Source: Alphaproteobacteria bacterium (GTDB taxonomy: Bacteria; Pseudomonadota; Alphaproteobacteria; CAAHEQ01; UBA3637). From it: a stretch of DNA of 60,728 bases. This document shows positions 10,209-20,844 of this stretch, in pieces. The first letter of the stretch is position 1; each line of letters begins with the position of its first letter. The stretch is from contig JAZSNA010000025.1 in assembly GCA_045536135.1 (NCBI GenBank), positions 1 to 60,728 on the forward strand. The letters are read 5' to 3'. The notes beneath the pieces are model-generated. The model saw only the letters and a program-made list of their open reading frames with translations, was not told the DNA's origin and ran no database searches. The position numbers and the translations under genes were made by a program.

Positions 10209-10855
10209 CCGTTCGATTACTTTTTTTAATCGGGTTAATTTTTATCCTATGCACATCTTATTTCGTTTTTTCAGAAAAAAAATATCATTTAGATAATTAT
10301 CCGTTTGAACATTATTTATCAAACCTTAAAATTAAACGAGGAGAACAATTTTTACATATTGAAACACCTGATGCTTATATCAATCTGGTTGATTATGCAC
10401 GTCAAAAGGAACGAACACCATCAACATTGCGAGCCAAATTAAAATCCTATACACCACATCTCTTTTTTAAAGAACCGCTACTCACTCTTTTAGCCGCCGG
10501 ATATCAGGATTTGCACGGATTATTTGTTATTGATCTTAATCAGCAGGAAAGACAGGTTGTGACTTCTTTCCGTTTCTTTGATCCATCGGTCGCCGATATT
10601 TATTTAACCTTTATTTTTTCAAATGTTGAACCCGACTTTATTTCTAAAATGGAAAGATTATTCTTAAATAATAATCTTTCTTTGAGCTATCTTTTAAAAA
10701 ATTATAAATATACTTTAAAAGTTAAAATTATTGATCACGGTTTTAAAGAAAAATATCAAAAATACCTTGATTTAATGCCTCCGACAGATGAAAAATATCT
10801 ATGGGTTGAAAAATATTTTTCATCACCTTCGGATGGTTTTGAATATGTCGGTTAA
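10190..10855 (+). CDS. membrane-anchored hypothetical protein
   Basis: The internal ATG at 10190 is preceded by GGAGAAG; one N-terminal TM helix. The longer track ORF overlaps the previous gene. Confidence 0.45.
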   Translation: MYRYPITVRLLFLIGLIFILCTSYFVFSEKKYHLDNYPFEHYLSNLKIKRGEQFLHIETPDAYINLVDYARQKERTPSTLRAKLKSYTPHLFFKEPLLTLLAAGYQDLHGLFVIDLNQQERQVVTSFRFFDPSVADIYLTFIFSNVEPDFISKMERLFLNNNLSLSYLLKNYKYTLKVKIIDHGFKEKYQKYLDLMPPTDEKYLWVEKYFSSPSDGFEYVG

Positions 10856-10916
10856 AAAAAACTTGAAAAGAAATAATAATCCTTTATGATAATGTCAAAA
10901 TAAAAAGGAGTAAATT

Positions 10917-12485
10917 ATGACAAAATATGTTTTCATTTTAGGCGGTGTTGTTTCATCTTTGGGCAAAGGTATTGCATCGGCATCTATCGGTGCATTATTA
11001 TCGGCTCGCGGCTATAAGGTTCGAATGCGTAAAATGGACCCGTATTTAAATATTGATCCGGGTGCGATGTCTCCCTTGCAACACGGCGAAGTTTTTGTCA
11101 CAGATGACGGTGCCGAAACAGATTTGGATTTGGGGCATTATGAACGTTTTTCGGGCATATCCTGTCGTAAAACAGATACAGTATCCGGCGGTAAAATCTT
11201 TAATCGGGTTTTAACAAAGGAAAGACAAGGGTATTATTCCAGCGCCACAATTCAAATGATTCCCCATGTGACCGATGAAATAAAATTATTTATGAATTCG
11301 GATTTAGACAATGAAGATTTTGTTTTATATGAAGTCGGCGGAACGGTCGGTGATATTGAAGGAACGTTATTCTTGGAAGCGGTTCGTCAATTCATTCATG
11401 AAAAAGGAAGGGATAATTGTGCCGTCGTTTTATTAACTTTATTGCCTTATATCCCAACTGCCGGAGAATTAAAAACAAAACCAACGCAACATGCGGTTAA
11501 AAAATTGTTGGAAATGGGAATACAAGCCGATATTTTACTTTGTCGCAGCCCGATGGAAATTCCCATTAACGAACGTAAAAAACTCGGTTTATTCTGTAAT
11601 GTCGAAACAGACGATGTTGTTGCAGCATTAGATGTCGATAATATCTATAAAATTCCAATCACATATCATGAGCAAGGATTGGATACCCAAGTTTTAAAGC
11701 ATTTTGGTATGTTGGATACTGCCCCGAAACCGAATTTGGGGAAATGGGAACATATCTGTCAAACCATGGCTCAATCCCAAAAAGAAGTCCGTATCGGTAT
11801 TGTCGGTAAATATTGTGCCTTACCGGATGCATATAAATCTTTAATCGAATCATTAACACACGCCGGAATCGCCAATGAGGCTTTAATCAAGAAAATTTGG
11901 ATTGATTGTCATCAACTTGAACAAATGGATGAAGACGAATTTAATCGAACAATGGACGGACTCGATGGGATTCTTGTTCCGGGCGGTTTTGGAGAAGCCG
12001 GTGTTTTGGGCAAAATACGGGCGATTAAATATGCTCGGGAAAATAAAATACCGTTCTTTGGTGTTTGTTTAGGCATGCAATTGGCTGTTATTGAAGCTTG
12101 TCAAAATCTGTTGAATATTCCCGAAGCCTATTCAACCGAATTTAATCCAGATTGTGTTCCCGTCGTTCATCAAGTTAATCCAGAAGCACGATTGGGTGCT
12201 TATCAGTGTTTAATCTCTCCAAATACAAAGGCTCATCAAATTTATCAAAAAGATATTATCTGTGAGCGACATCGGAATTTATATGAAGTTAATTCAAAAT
12301 ATGAAAAAGAATTGGCTGAAAAAGGATTTATTATTTCCGCAAAATCTGTTGAAGATCAGTTGCCGGAAATTATTGAAATCCCCAATCATCCGTTCTTTGT
12401 GGCTTCATTATTCCATCCGGATTTAAAATCAAAACCGTTTGATCCGGCTCCACTTATTGTCGCCTTTATCAAAGCCTGTATTTAA
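10917..12485 (+). CDS. pyrG: CTP synthase
   Basis: N-terminal synthase domain (GGVVSSLGKGI) and a glutamine amidotransferase domain with GVCLGMQ. Confidence 0.95.
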   Translation: MTKYVFILGGVVSSLGKGIASASIGALLSARGYKVRMRKMDPYLNIDPGAMSPLQHGEVFVTDDGAETDLDLGHYERFSGISCRKTDTVSGGKIFNRVLTKERQGYYSSATIQMIPHVTDEIKLFMNSDLDNEDFVLYEVGGTVGDIEGTLFLEAVRQFIHEKGRDNCAVVLLTLLPYIPTAGELKTKPTQHAVKKLLEMGIQADILLCRSPMEIPINERKKLGLFCNVETDDVVAALDVDNIYKIPITYHEQGLDTQVLKHFGMLDTAPKPNLGKWEHICQTMAQSQKEVRIGIVGKYCALPDAYKSLIESLTHAGIANEALIKKIWIDCHQLEQMDEDEFNRTMDGLDGILVPGGFGEAGVLGKIRAIKYARENKIPFFGVCLGMQLAVIEACQNLLNIPEAYSTEFNPDCVPVVHQVNPEARLGAYQCLISPNTKAHQIYQKDIICERHRNLYEVNSKYEKELAEKGFIISAKSVEDQLPEIIEIPNHPFFVASLFHPDLKSKPFDPAPLIVAFIKACI

Positions 12486-13042
12486 GGTTCTTGTTCGACA
12501 AGATATAATGTTCCGATACTGATTGCCGTTATTTGGTAAAATAACCCGAATAACATTTCCAAATTGGCAATTAATCTGCCATACGATATAGGATGAATAT
12601 CGCCATATCCGACTGTTGTCAGTGTTGTAATTGAAAAATAAAGATTATTCCAAAAACCGGATGCATCGGTCAATTGTTGCGAATCGTAAACAATGCCAAA
12701 ACCAATCGCCAGTCCCAAAAAACCGAACAGTATCGAATAAAGTATCATTGAACGAGTCGCAACAATAAAACTTTGCGGTTGCGGATTCTTTTTATAAAAA
12801 TGTAAATGCCATGTTCGAATGTTCGACATTGTTCGATTTAAAATCCATGTACTGAATGTCAAGGTGAAAAATACCGCATACACAACAGAAAATAACGATT
12901 TCGTCACATACATCATCATAATTAAAATTATGGAAATCGGCAACGGCATCCCTGAAAACCACAAACAAAATCCAACAATATATTTGGATATTGATGTGTT
13001 TGATATATGTCCCATAATTTGTTTAAAAGAAAAACGACTCAT
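12482..13042 (-). CDS. small potassium channel
   Basis: Selectivity filter TTVGYGD flanked by TM helices. Confidence 0.8.
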   Translation of the reverse strand: MSRFSFKQIMGHISNTSISKYIVGFCLWFSGMPLPISIILIMMMYVTKSLFSVVYAVFFTLTFSTWILNRTMSNIRTWHLHFYKKNPQPQSFIVATRSMILYSILFGFLGLAIGFGIVYDSQQLTDASGFWNNLYFSITTLTTVGYGDIHPISYGRLIANLEMLFGLFYQITAISIGTLYLVEQEP

Positions 13043-13082
13043 ACCCTTTATATAGGCACAAGTCGTCTTTTTTTAAAGATGC

Positions 13083-13976
13083 TTAATTATTTTCATCCAT
13101 ATCATTCGGACGTGCATTTAAAAAATATAGCATCGGAACGGCAAGAAAAATTGAAGAATAAAAGCTGATGATAACACCAACCAACATTGAAATGCTAAAT
13201 CCATCCAATGCATCCGTTCCAAAAATAATTAACGTGATTAAAACAAACATCGTGGACAATGTCGTTAAAACAGAACGTCCCAATGTTTGGGTCATACTTT
13301 TATTTAAAATATCTTTTAAAGACGATTTCCGATATTTTTTCAGATTTTCACGAATACGGTCAAAGGTCACGACCGTATCATTTGTTCCATAACCGGCTAA
13401 TGATAAAATACCCGCGACAACCGTTAAGTTAAAATCCAATCCAAAAACGGAAAAGAAACCAATTGTTAAAACTAAATCATGAGCCAACGCCAATATCGCT
13501 GATATAGAAAATTGCCATTCAAAGCGGAACCAAATATACAGTGCAATTGCAATTAACGCCACAACGGAAGCCCATAAACTTTTATTAAACAGCTCATTAC
13601 CGACCTTTGGGCCGATTGCTTCAACTTTTGTATATTCCGTATCTGCTGGCAAAATAGATTGAATTCTTTCAACAACTGCCGATACGGACTTTTCATCCGC
13701 CGTATCCACAGAAGCACTAATTAAAATTTCCCGTCCGTTGGCCCCAATACTTTGAAGCGAGACATCTTTTAAATCCAATCCCGATAATTGAGTCCGAATT
13801 TCGCTTAAATTAGCTTCCTGACTTAATTGAGCTTCTATTGAAAGACCGCCTTTAAAGTCAATTCCCAAATTTAATCCTTTTGTCCAAAAAGAATAAATCG
13901 AAACAGCAATCAAAATACCGGATAAAATAAATGCCGGAATACCCCACTTCACATAATTAAAATCTTTTTTCATCAT
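13083..13976 (-). CDS. secF: protein translocase subunit SecF
   Basis: SecF TM topology and motifs. Start ATGATG at 13976 is preceded by GGGAGGA, directly after the secD stop. Confidence 0.9.
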   Translation of the reverse strand: MMKKDFNYVKWGIPAFILSGILIAVSIYSFWTKGLNLGIDFKGGLSIEAQLSQEANLSEIRTQLSGLDLKDVSLQSIGANGREILISASVDTADEKSVSAVVERIQSILPADTEYTKVEAIGPKVGNELFNKSLWASVVALIAIALYIWFRFEWQFSISAILALAHDLVLTIGFFSVFGLDFNLTVVAGILSLAGYGTNDTVVTFDRIRENLKKYRKSSLKDILNKSMTQTLGRSVLTTLSTMFVLITLIIFGTDALDGFSISMLVGVIISFYSSIFLAVPMLYFLNARPNDMDENN

Positions 13977-13986
13977 ATTCCTCCCT

Positions 13987-15555
13987 TTATTTTCCAAAGC
14001 CAATTTTAATATCTTTCGGTTTTCTGATATGGTACCAAATTAAAATGATAAATTTCGTCACCATCTCAGCCGTAAATAAAGATGTAATAACACCAATTGT
14101 TAAAGTCACACTAAAACCCTTAATTGGTCCAGAACCCATAAAGAATAGCATTAAGGCCGCCACCAATGTCGTCACTTGACCATCCAAAATTGCAGAAAAA
14201 GAATTTCCGAAGCCGGCATCAATAATTTGACGAGGCGAACGTCCCAAAGCTTTTTCTTCCTTCATTCTGGAATAAATTAAAACATTACTGTCTACGGCCA
14301 TACCGATTGTCAACACAATACCCGCAATACCCGGTAAAGTTAATGTCGCATTCATGATACTTAACAAAGCCAACAATAATGCCACATTCAAAATCAAGGC
14401 AATATTTGCAAACATTCCAAACCAACCATATACAGCTATCATAAAAGCAAAAACAATCAAAGCTCCAATGATACAAGACCATACACCGGAGCGAATTGAA
14501 TCCGTCCCCAAACTGGCACCGACAACTTTTTCTTCAATAATTTTAAGAGGTGCCGGCAACGCTCCTGAACGTAATAACAATGCTAAATCAGACGCACTTT
14601 CGGCCGTAAAATTGCCAGTAATAATACCCGAAGCACCAATCGGTCCGTTAATAACCGGCGCAGAAATCACATTACCATCCAAAACAATGGCCAAACGTTT
14701 TCCAATATTTTCAGTGGTCGCACGTTCAAAGGCTTTTGCTCCACTAGTTTTAAAGGTAAATGATACAACCGGTTGACCGTCTTGAAAAATCGTACGAGCA
14801 TCTTGTAGTTGTTCGCCCCCCACAACAGCCGAACGCTTAATAATCATGTATCCGCCCTCTCCGGATATCATTTGACTATCTACCGGAATTTTTCCCATTT
14901 TAGCATCAGTCAAAGAAACACCTTCATTAACTAAATGGAATGTCATCTTGGCTGTTTTACCTAAAAGAGCTTTCATCTCGTCCGGATTATCAACCCCTGG
15001 TAATTGAATTAGGATACGATTTTCACCCATTCGAGATATTGACGGTTCACGTGTTCCCATATCGTCAATCCGCCGACGAACAATATCAATCGATTGATCT
15101 ATTGCACCGGCAATCATTTGTTTCATCATTTGATCCGTATAAGATAATGATACCGTATTTCCAGCTATTTGAATATTAAATTCTGCCGGATACTCCTTGG
15201 AAATTAAATTTTTGGCATCTGCAATTTTATCTGTATTTGTAATACGGAAAGTCAAAACATTTTCTTCCAAATTAAAATTAGAATATAAAATCCGTTTTGT
15301 CCGTAAAATAGAACGTAAGTTTTCGGCAACGCCTGTTAATCGTTCCTTAATCATACTTTGATCATCCAATTCCAAAAGCAAGGATGAACCTCCCTTTAAA
15401 TCCAATCCCAAAGCGGCAGGGTGCCAAACATCCTTTATCCCTTGAGGCAAACGATTAAAAGTTTCTGTCGGAATAAAATTCGGTACTGAAAATAATATTC
15501 CAAAAACTGATACAATAATAACGGTCCATGCCCGCCATTTTGAATAACCAAACAT
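13987..15555 (-). CDS. secD: protein translocase subunit SecD
   Basis: LGLDLKGG, periplasmic domain, and a C-terminal 6-TM block. Confidence 0.95.
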   Translation of the reverse strand: MFGYSKWRAWTVIIVSVFGILFSVPNFIPTETFNRLPQGIKDVWHPAALGLDLKGGSSLLLELDDQSMIKERLTGVAENLRSILRTKRILYSNFNLEENVLTFRITNTDKIADAKNLISKEYPAEFNIQIAGNTVSLSYTDQMMKQMIAGAIDQSIDIVRRRIDDMGTREPSISRMGENRILIQLPGVDNPDEMKALLGKTAKMTFHLVNEGVSLTDAKMGKIPVDSQMISGEGGYMIIKRSAVVGGEQLQDARTIFQDGQPVVSFTFKTSGAKAFERATTENIGKRLAIVLDGNVISAPVINGPIGASGIITGNFTAESASDLALLLRSGALPAPLKIIEEKVVGASLGTDSIRSGVWSCIIGALIVFAFMIAVYGWFGMFANIALILNVALLLALLSIMNATLTLPGIAGIVLTIGMAVDSNVLIYSRMKEEKALGRSPRQIIDAGFGNSFSAILDGQVTTLVAALMLFFMGSGPIKGFSVTLTIGVITSLFTAEMVTKFIILIWYHIRKPKDIKIGFGK

Positions 15556-15557
15556 AA

Positions 15558-15836
15558 TTAAGCTCCTTCAATTGGTGTTAATAAAGATTTTACCGCCTTA
15601 ATCTGAGTTCCTTTGGCGATTTCAACCATAACTTCATCGTTATCCGATAAAGATGTAATTTTTCCATAAATCCCGTTAATTAAAACCATATCCCCGACTT
15701 TCAACGCATCAATTCGACGTTGATGTTCTGCTATACGTTTCTTTTGCGGACGAATAAGCAAAAAATAAAAAATTAAAAAAATCAACGCTAACTGGATTGC
15801 AGCATAAAGCCCCGAATTCATTGTTGTTTCTGTCAT
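15558..15836 (-). CDS. yajC: preprotein translocase subunit YajC
   Basis: Single TM followed by the RPQKKR motif; operon position upstream of secDF. Confidence 0.9.
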   Translation of the reverse strand: MTETTMNSGLYAAIQLALIFLIFYFLLIRPQKKRIAEHQRRIDALKVGDMVLINGIYGKITSLSDNDEVMVEIAKGTQIKAVKSLLTPIEGA

Positions 15837-15895
15837 AAATTTTTCCTTTCAAATACTGCCATACAATATAGCAAAATTCCTTAAAAATGCAAGGA

Positions 15896-16231
15896 TTATT
15901 TTCGAACAATCCGTTCAAAGGCGAATCGTTTTTTAAATTTTTCAATCACCGATGAAATCAATTTCATTTCCTCATTCTGTGTCAGCGGGCAAAAGCTTGA
16001 CCGAATAATCTGGCACGGACGGTCAATATATAAAATATTTTCAGATGTATCTTTTCGAACAAGATATTGATCGGCATTCACATAAACAATCAATGGCGAG
16101 GCTGTATCCGATATCCGATACCAAGTCGCAACCGCAACCTGATTAACACTAACCACCTCGAACCGCATTTCTTTTAACGGATTTTTAGTCATACATGCCA
16201 TCAATAAAATAAATAAAAATATTTTTTTCAT
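15896..16231 (-). CDS. truncated, degenerate paralog of lipoprotein hydrolase 1029..1748
   Basis: Lipobox LLMAC. PLIVYVNAD and YIDRPCQII align with PLYVYIEGD and YLGRPCQYI of the long copy. It ends before the GYSGG motif. Confidence 0.45.
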   Translation of the reverse strand: MKKIFLFILLMACMTKNPLKEMRFEVVSVNQVAVATWYRISDTASPLIVYVNADQYLVRKDTSENILYIDRPCQIIRSSFCPLTQNEEMKLISSVIEKFKKRFAFERIVRK

Positions 16232-16285
16232 ACTCCGATTATAACAATAAAAAAATAAAAAATAAAGATATTTTTAAAAAAAGAC

Positions 16286-16314
16286 TTGACAAGACAGGAT
16301 TTTTTATGTATTTT
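16286..16314 (+). promoter_or_regulatory. sigma70-like promoter TTGACA-N17-TATTTT for tRNA-Lys
   Basis: Preceded by AAAAAAAGAC; the -10 lies about 14 nt before the tRNA 5' end. Confidence 0.45.
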
Positions 16315-16327
16315 AGCATCTGTTTTT

Positions 16328-16403
16328 GAGTGTGTAGCTCAGTCGGTAGAGCATCTGACTTTTAATCAGAGGGCCCTGGGTTCGAGTCCCAGCACGCTCA
16401 CCA
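16328..16403 (+). tRNA. tRNA-Lys (anticodon UUU), CCA encoded
   Basis: Cloverleaf folded by hand: acceptor GAGTGTG/CACGCTC, anticodon stem TCTGA/TCAGA with loop CTTTTAA, T-arm CTGGG-TTCGAGT-CCCAG. Confidence 0.95.
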
Positions 16404-16408
16404 TTTTG

Positions 16409-16436
16409 AAAAAGTCGTCTGAAAAGGCGACTTTTT
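16409..16436. terminator. bidirectional rho-independent terminator
   Basis: Hairpin AGTCGTC/GGCGACT flanked by an A-run and a T-run, between the convergent tRNA-Lys and the 16457..17524 gene. Confidence 0.6.
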
Positions 16437-16456
16437 ATTTTATCATTCTTTTCATT

Positions 16457-17524
16457 TTATCGTCCCTCTTTTAATCGAGACCTTAATCTATTCGTTAAAT
16501 CGGGCAACATTTGACTTTGAATTTTTAAAGCCACAGATCGTTCCATGGCGTTTTGATTATCCATGGATGATTTTTGAGCCAATGTTTTTTGAATCGACGA
16601 ATGCAACTTTTCGGAATTCAAACTCGTAATCGAAAAATCCAATAAAAATTTTGAACGACCGGCTTCATTTAAAATCTGTCGGCTTTCCCAATATAATCCC
16701 GAATCATTGCCCGCATTTTTAATAATTGATCGAACAATCTCTTTGGCTATATCCTGTTCCTTTTCGGATAAATTAAATTCAAAATGTTCTTTTAAAATCG
16801 GAATTTGTCGATAATCAATGTCTTCTTTGACGGGTTGATATTTAATTTGTTCTGCATCTGTATATTGGGAAGGTATTTTTTTTAAACCACTTTCTTCAAT
16901 AAATTTTATAAATTCTTCCATATTTAAGGGCGTTTTAATGCGAAAAGTCATATTTTTGCCACTATACATAAATCGAGCCTGTTTGTTTAAAGCTTCTGCC
17001 GTAAAAGATTGATTATAATTTGCTTGCCGGTTTAACATATCCATACCAGCATCTCCAATTAACTCTTCAGCAATAACATCCTTCTCATCAATACTAACCG
17101 GTTTAACAAAACCACCAAAAAATTTAAATTGTTCTTCTTTTAAAGAATAAGCAGCCATTTCTTCAAAAACTCTTCGTTTTTCTCTCTCAATCGTTTGTTG
17201 GTCAAAATTTAACGTCATTAAAAGATTTGTAATAGAAGATAATTTTTCAAGAGCCTCTGTTCTTTTAGCCGTTTCAAAAGAAAAATCGTGTGTAATAAAG
17301 GTTGAACGCGTTTCGGCCCGTGATATAACATCAGACCTGTGAACAACACAGTGTTCAATTAAATGATTGGCTGCCACTTGATATTCGCCACCCCGACCGG
17401 GAATAAATTCATTTTGGACATACATATTCATTCCCCACTTAATCTGCTCCGGTAAAACTTGAATTTTTATTCCGTTTTCCAGTTGAAATTCACGAAGTTG
17501 AGAAATGTTTTTATTCTGTTCCAT
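16457..17524 (-). CDS. M16 (pitrilysin/insulinase)-like peptidase, short form
   Basis: Inverted zinc motif HLIEH and a downstream EREKRRVFEEM glutamate motif. Confidence 0.6.
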   Translation of the reverse strand: MEQNKNISQLREFQLENGIKIQVLPEQIKWGMNMYVQNEFIPGRGGEYQVAANHLIEHCVVHRSDVISRAETRSTFITHDFSFETAKRTEALEKLSSITNLLMTLNFDQQTIEREKRRVFEEMAAYSLKEEQFKFFGGFVKPVSIDEKDVIAEELIGDAGMDMLNRQANYNQSFTAEALNKQARFMYSGKNMTFRIKTPLNMEEFIKFIEESGLKKIPSQYTDAEQIKYQPVKEDIDYRQIPILKEHFEFNLSEKEQDIAKEIVRSIIKNAGNDSGLYWESRQILNEAGRSKFLLDFSITSLNSEKLHSSIQKTLAQKSSMDNQNAMERSVALKIQSQMLPDLTNRLRSRLKEGR

Positions 17525-17705
17525 TGATTACACCCCTTTTTATTTAATTATACTTGATTTTATCGTTAAAGTCAATGGGTTAATAATTCTTTAACCTTTG
17601 CTTTAATTGTAATTACTTTGTGTGTTTTTTATAATTATTTTGTAATTATTACTTGACAATTAAAGTTATTGATATAAAATACTTTTATAAATAGGAGAAT
17701 AATTT

Positions 17706-19259
17706 ATGCATTATAAAGTTCAAACAATGGATTTACCATCAAAAAACACCAAATCTTTTTGGAGTCATCCCCTTTATTGGGTGGCTTCAATTTTAACAAT
17801 TGTTTGGGTTGGATTAAGTATTAATTATTTCATTCATACAAAATGGTGGTCTAATCGTTATTATTTTTCACCGGCAGAATTTATGGGTACATTAACCAGT
17901 CAAATTATTCCCGTTGTTTTAATTTGGGGAATTATAATTTGGCTTCAAACCCGAAAAACTTTGCGACAAGAAACATCCGAATTACGGGAATATATCTCTC
18001 AAATGATCAATCCAACCAAAGAAGGGGCTATACAAACAAAGTTATTAAATGATGCTCTTCGAGAACAAGTTAAGGAATTTCGGGAGGTTTTTAATGCCCT
18101 TTCCGGCGAAACGGCCATTATTCGAGATGAATTAAAGAAATGGACTTTGGATTTCGGAAATGTCATTGATCATATCGACACCAAAACAACCCAAAGCATG
18201 AATTTATTAAATAATCAAGCTTCTGAATTCAATGAACAAATGACTGATTCTTTTGAAAACATTCATAAACTTTCGAATCATTTTGACGGACAGATTAAAT
18301 TTTGGCATCAAGCAACTTCAGATTTGAATATAAATATTAATGATATTTGTGCTAATATTGCTCAAAATATATCATATATGAAACACATGTCCGAAAGTTT
18401 AAATGAAATTTCCGATAACAGTAAATCCGTCATCACCGAATCAAACAATTCAATCAATGCCGTTAATCACTCTATCAAGCATTTATCATCTTTATTTAAT
18501 CAATTCCATGATGCGACAAAAGATTATAATTCCATGCTTTTCGAAAATACGCAGAGTATTATTTCGGTTTTAAAATCACAAGAAAAATCTTTAAATTCGG
18601 AAGTTAACAAAATTTTAGACCATATTTCGGACAATCAAGCCGTTGCCGAAGGTAAAACCGAACAATTAATTCAGTTAACGGACAAAGCGTTAACCAACTT
18701 GACCAACATTGGGGTTCAAATGGAATTTCAGGCCGGATTACTTGAAAAAAGCATGGATTCGGTCTGTCAAAAAATGGATACATTATCTCAAAGCGCCATA
18801 CCAGACCAAATTGATACTTTGCGAGCCGTTCAAGATGATATTGATGAATATTTAAACAAAGCTCACGAAAAAATCGCTCAAGATGAAATGGATATGTTTA
18901 TGAAGGATGCTCGGGTCATTTTAACACATCTGTCATCCTTTTCTATTGATATTGCCTCTATCTTTAAACCCGAGAAAGAAGATGAATTATGGCAAAAATA
19001 TTACAGTGGAGACACTTCGGCATTTATGCGTTATCTTTTGCAAATAATCCCATCGGATAAAGGTAAAAAAATCAAGGCTATTTTTCAAAACGATACCGTT
19101 TGTCGTGATGCAATTACACGTTATATGAATGAATTTGACACCTTAATCGCTCGGGCGAAAAAAAGCGAAAATAAAGAAGTTTTTATGCCGGTTTTAATCG
19201 GATCAGATGCCGGACGGTTATATATGCTTTTAAACCAAATTTTAAAAGGGGGTAAATAA
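17706..19259 (+). CDS. membrane-anchored coiled-coil protein, unknown function
   Basis: Two N-terminal TM helices, then a long N/S/Q/E-rich helical region; its stop overlaps the mazE-like start (TAATG). Confidence 0.55.
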   Translation: MHYKVQTMDLPSKNTKSFWSHPLYWVASILTIVWVGLSINYFIHTKWWSNRYYFSPAEFMGTLTSQIIPVVLIWGIIIWLQTRKTLRQETSELREYISQMINPTKEGAIQTKLLNDALREQVKEFREVFNALSGETAIIRDELKKWTLDFGNVIDHIDTKTTQSMNLLNNQASEFNEQMTDSFENIHKLSNHFDGQIKFWHQATSDLNININDICANIAQNISYMKHMSESLNEISDNSKSVITESNNSINAVNHSIKHLSSLFNQFHDATKDYNSMLFENTQSIISVLKSQEKSLNSEVNKILDHISDNQAVAEGKTEQLIQLTDKALTNLTNIGVQMEFQAGLLEKSMDSVCQKMDTLSQSAIPDQIDTLRAVQDDIDEYLNKAHEKIAQDEMDMFMKDARVILTHLSSFSIDIASIFKPEKEDELWQKYYSGDTSAFMRYLLQIIPSDKGKKIKAIFQNDTVCRDAITRYMNEFDTLIARAKKSENKEVFMPVLIGSDAGRLYMLLNQILKGGK

Positions 19260-19477
19260 TGAAAATACCTTTAATTCGTATCGGAAATTCAAAGGGAATT
19301 CGCATTCCTCAATCGTTAATTAAACAATGTGATTTATCCGATGATGTTAATATTGAAGTCAAGAACAAATCCATCATTATTACTTCTATTCGTAAGCCTC
19401 GCAATCAATGGCAGGAAGTCACACATAATGCTGTTTTAAAAAATAATATATCAATGTCAGAGGAGTGGAAATGGTGA
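19259..19477 (+). CDS. mazE: AbrB/MazE-family antitoxin
   Basis: SpoVT-AbrB fold signature IRIGNSKGIRIPQSLI; size 72 aa. Confidence 0.8.
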   Translation: MKIPLIRIGNSKGIRIPQSLIKQCDLSDDVNIEVKNKSIIITSIRKPRNQWQEVTHNAVLKNNISMSEEWKW

Positions 19478-19770
19478 CTCGTTTTTCAGTTCATTATATG
19501 ATTAAAGACAATAAAAAACGCCCCTGTGTTGTTATTTCTCCGGACGAGCTTAATTCCGTTTTGCCGTACGTCATGATCTGTCCGATTACAACCAATATTC
19601 ACCCTTATCCCTATCGTATTATGTTGGACTTAATGGGAAAAGAAGCCCAAATTTGTCTGGATCAAATTTTTACCTGTCAAAAAACAGATTTAGGTGGGTT
19701 AATCGGTCATTTACCCGAAGCCAGCCACGAACCCATTACTCAAACTTTAAAAGAATTATTTGAATTATAA
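19471..19770 (+). CDS. mazF: MazF/PemK-family endoribonuclease toxin
   Basis: KKRPCVVISPDELN...VMICPITT...DQIFTCQKTDL pattern. The ATG is preceded by AGGAG and overlaps the antitoxin stop. Confidence 0.85.
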   Translation: MVTRFSVHYMIKDNKKRPCVVISPDELNSVLPYVMICPITTNIHPYPYRIMLDLMGKEAQICLDQIFTCQKTDLGGLIGHLPEASHEPITQTLKELFEL

Positions 19771-19780
19771 GGAGAACTTT

Positions 19781-20806
19781 ATGAAACAATTGATTAAACC
19801 TTTTATGCTTCGAGCCGGAGATACCGTAGCGACAATTACGACTTCATGGGCCGGTGCCAACGCCGTTCCTTATCGTTATGAAATCGGTAAAAAAGCATTA
19901 GAATCTTTTGGAGTTAAGGTTATAGAGACCCCAAATGCTTTAAAAACACAAGAAGAATTGCATGAACATCCCGAACTTCGGGCATCTGATTTAATGTGGG
20001 CTTTTGAAAATCCAACCGTCAAAGCCATTATCGGAATTATCGGTGGAAATGATTCTATTCGAATGCTTCCGTTTGTCAATTTTAATACCATACGGGATAA
20101 TCCCAAAATTTTTATGGGTTTTTCCGATCCAACCGCTGTTCATATGATGTGTCATCATGCCGGCTTATCGTCTATTTACGGTCCGACAATCCTGACAGGG
20201 TTTGCCGAAAATTGCGGAATGAATCCCTATATCGTCAATTCCGTGAAGAAAACTCTTTTTGATAATTCAATTATCGGAGACATCAAACCGTCCGAACAAT
20301 GGACAGAACAGATGCTTGATTGGTTCGTACCGGAAAATCAAAACATTCCCCGTCAAATGACATTCAATATGGGACCGGTTTGTGTTCAAGGGAAATCCAA
20401 TGCCAAAGGTCGATTACTCGGCGGATGTTTTGATATTTTATCCCAAATAGATGACACTGAAATTTTCCCGACAGATTGGACAGATACCATTTTATTCATT
20501 GAATGTTCGGAAAGTGCGCCATCCGAAGAGGCTTTTAAAAATTGGCTTGAAAAAATGGCTGACCGAGGCGTTTTACAGCAATGGCAAGGTATTATCATGG
20601 GACGCCCCAAAAATGCGGATGGGAATTTAGGAAAATATGAAAATCCTTTGCGTCAGGTTTTAGAAAAATACAATCCGGATATTCCGGTTCTGTCTCGAAT
20701 GGACTTCGGACATACGGATCCGATTTTCTGTATCCCTTACGGCGCATTAGCCGAAATAAATCCAGTACAAAAAAAATTGACAATTTTGGAAAGTGCTGTT
20801 AGATAG
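19781..20806 (+). CDS. S66 LD-carboxypeptidase (LdcA/MccF-like)
   Basis: Nucleophile motif GFSD and a C-terminal DFGHT His motif; GGAGA RBS before the ATG at 19781. Confidence 0.8.
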   Translation: MKQLIKPFMLRAGDTVATITTSWAGANAVPYRYEIGKKALESFGVKVIETPNALKTQEELHEHPELRASDLMWAFENPTVKAIIGIIGGNDSIRMLPFVNFNTIRDNPKIFMGFSDPTAVHMMCHHAGLSSIYGPTILTGFAENCGMNPYIVNSVKKTLFDNSIIGDIKPSEQWTEQMLDWFVPENQNIPRQMTFNMGPVCVQGKSNAKGRLLGGCFDILSQIDDTEIFPTDWTDTILFIECSESAPSEEAFKNWLEKMADRGVLQQWQGIIMGRPKNADGNLGKYENPLRQVLEKYNPDIPVLSRMDFGHTDPIFCIPYGALAEINPVQKKLTILESAVR

Positions 20807-20844
20807 ATAAATTATTTGAACAATATAAAACAGAAAAAACAATT

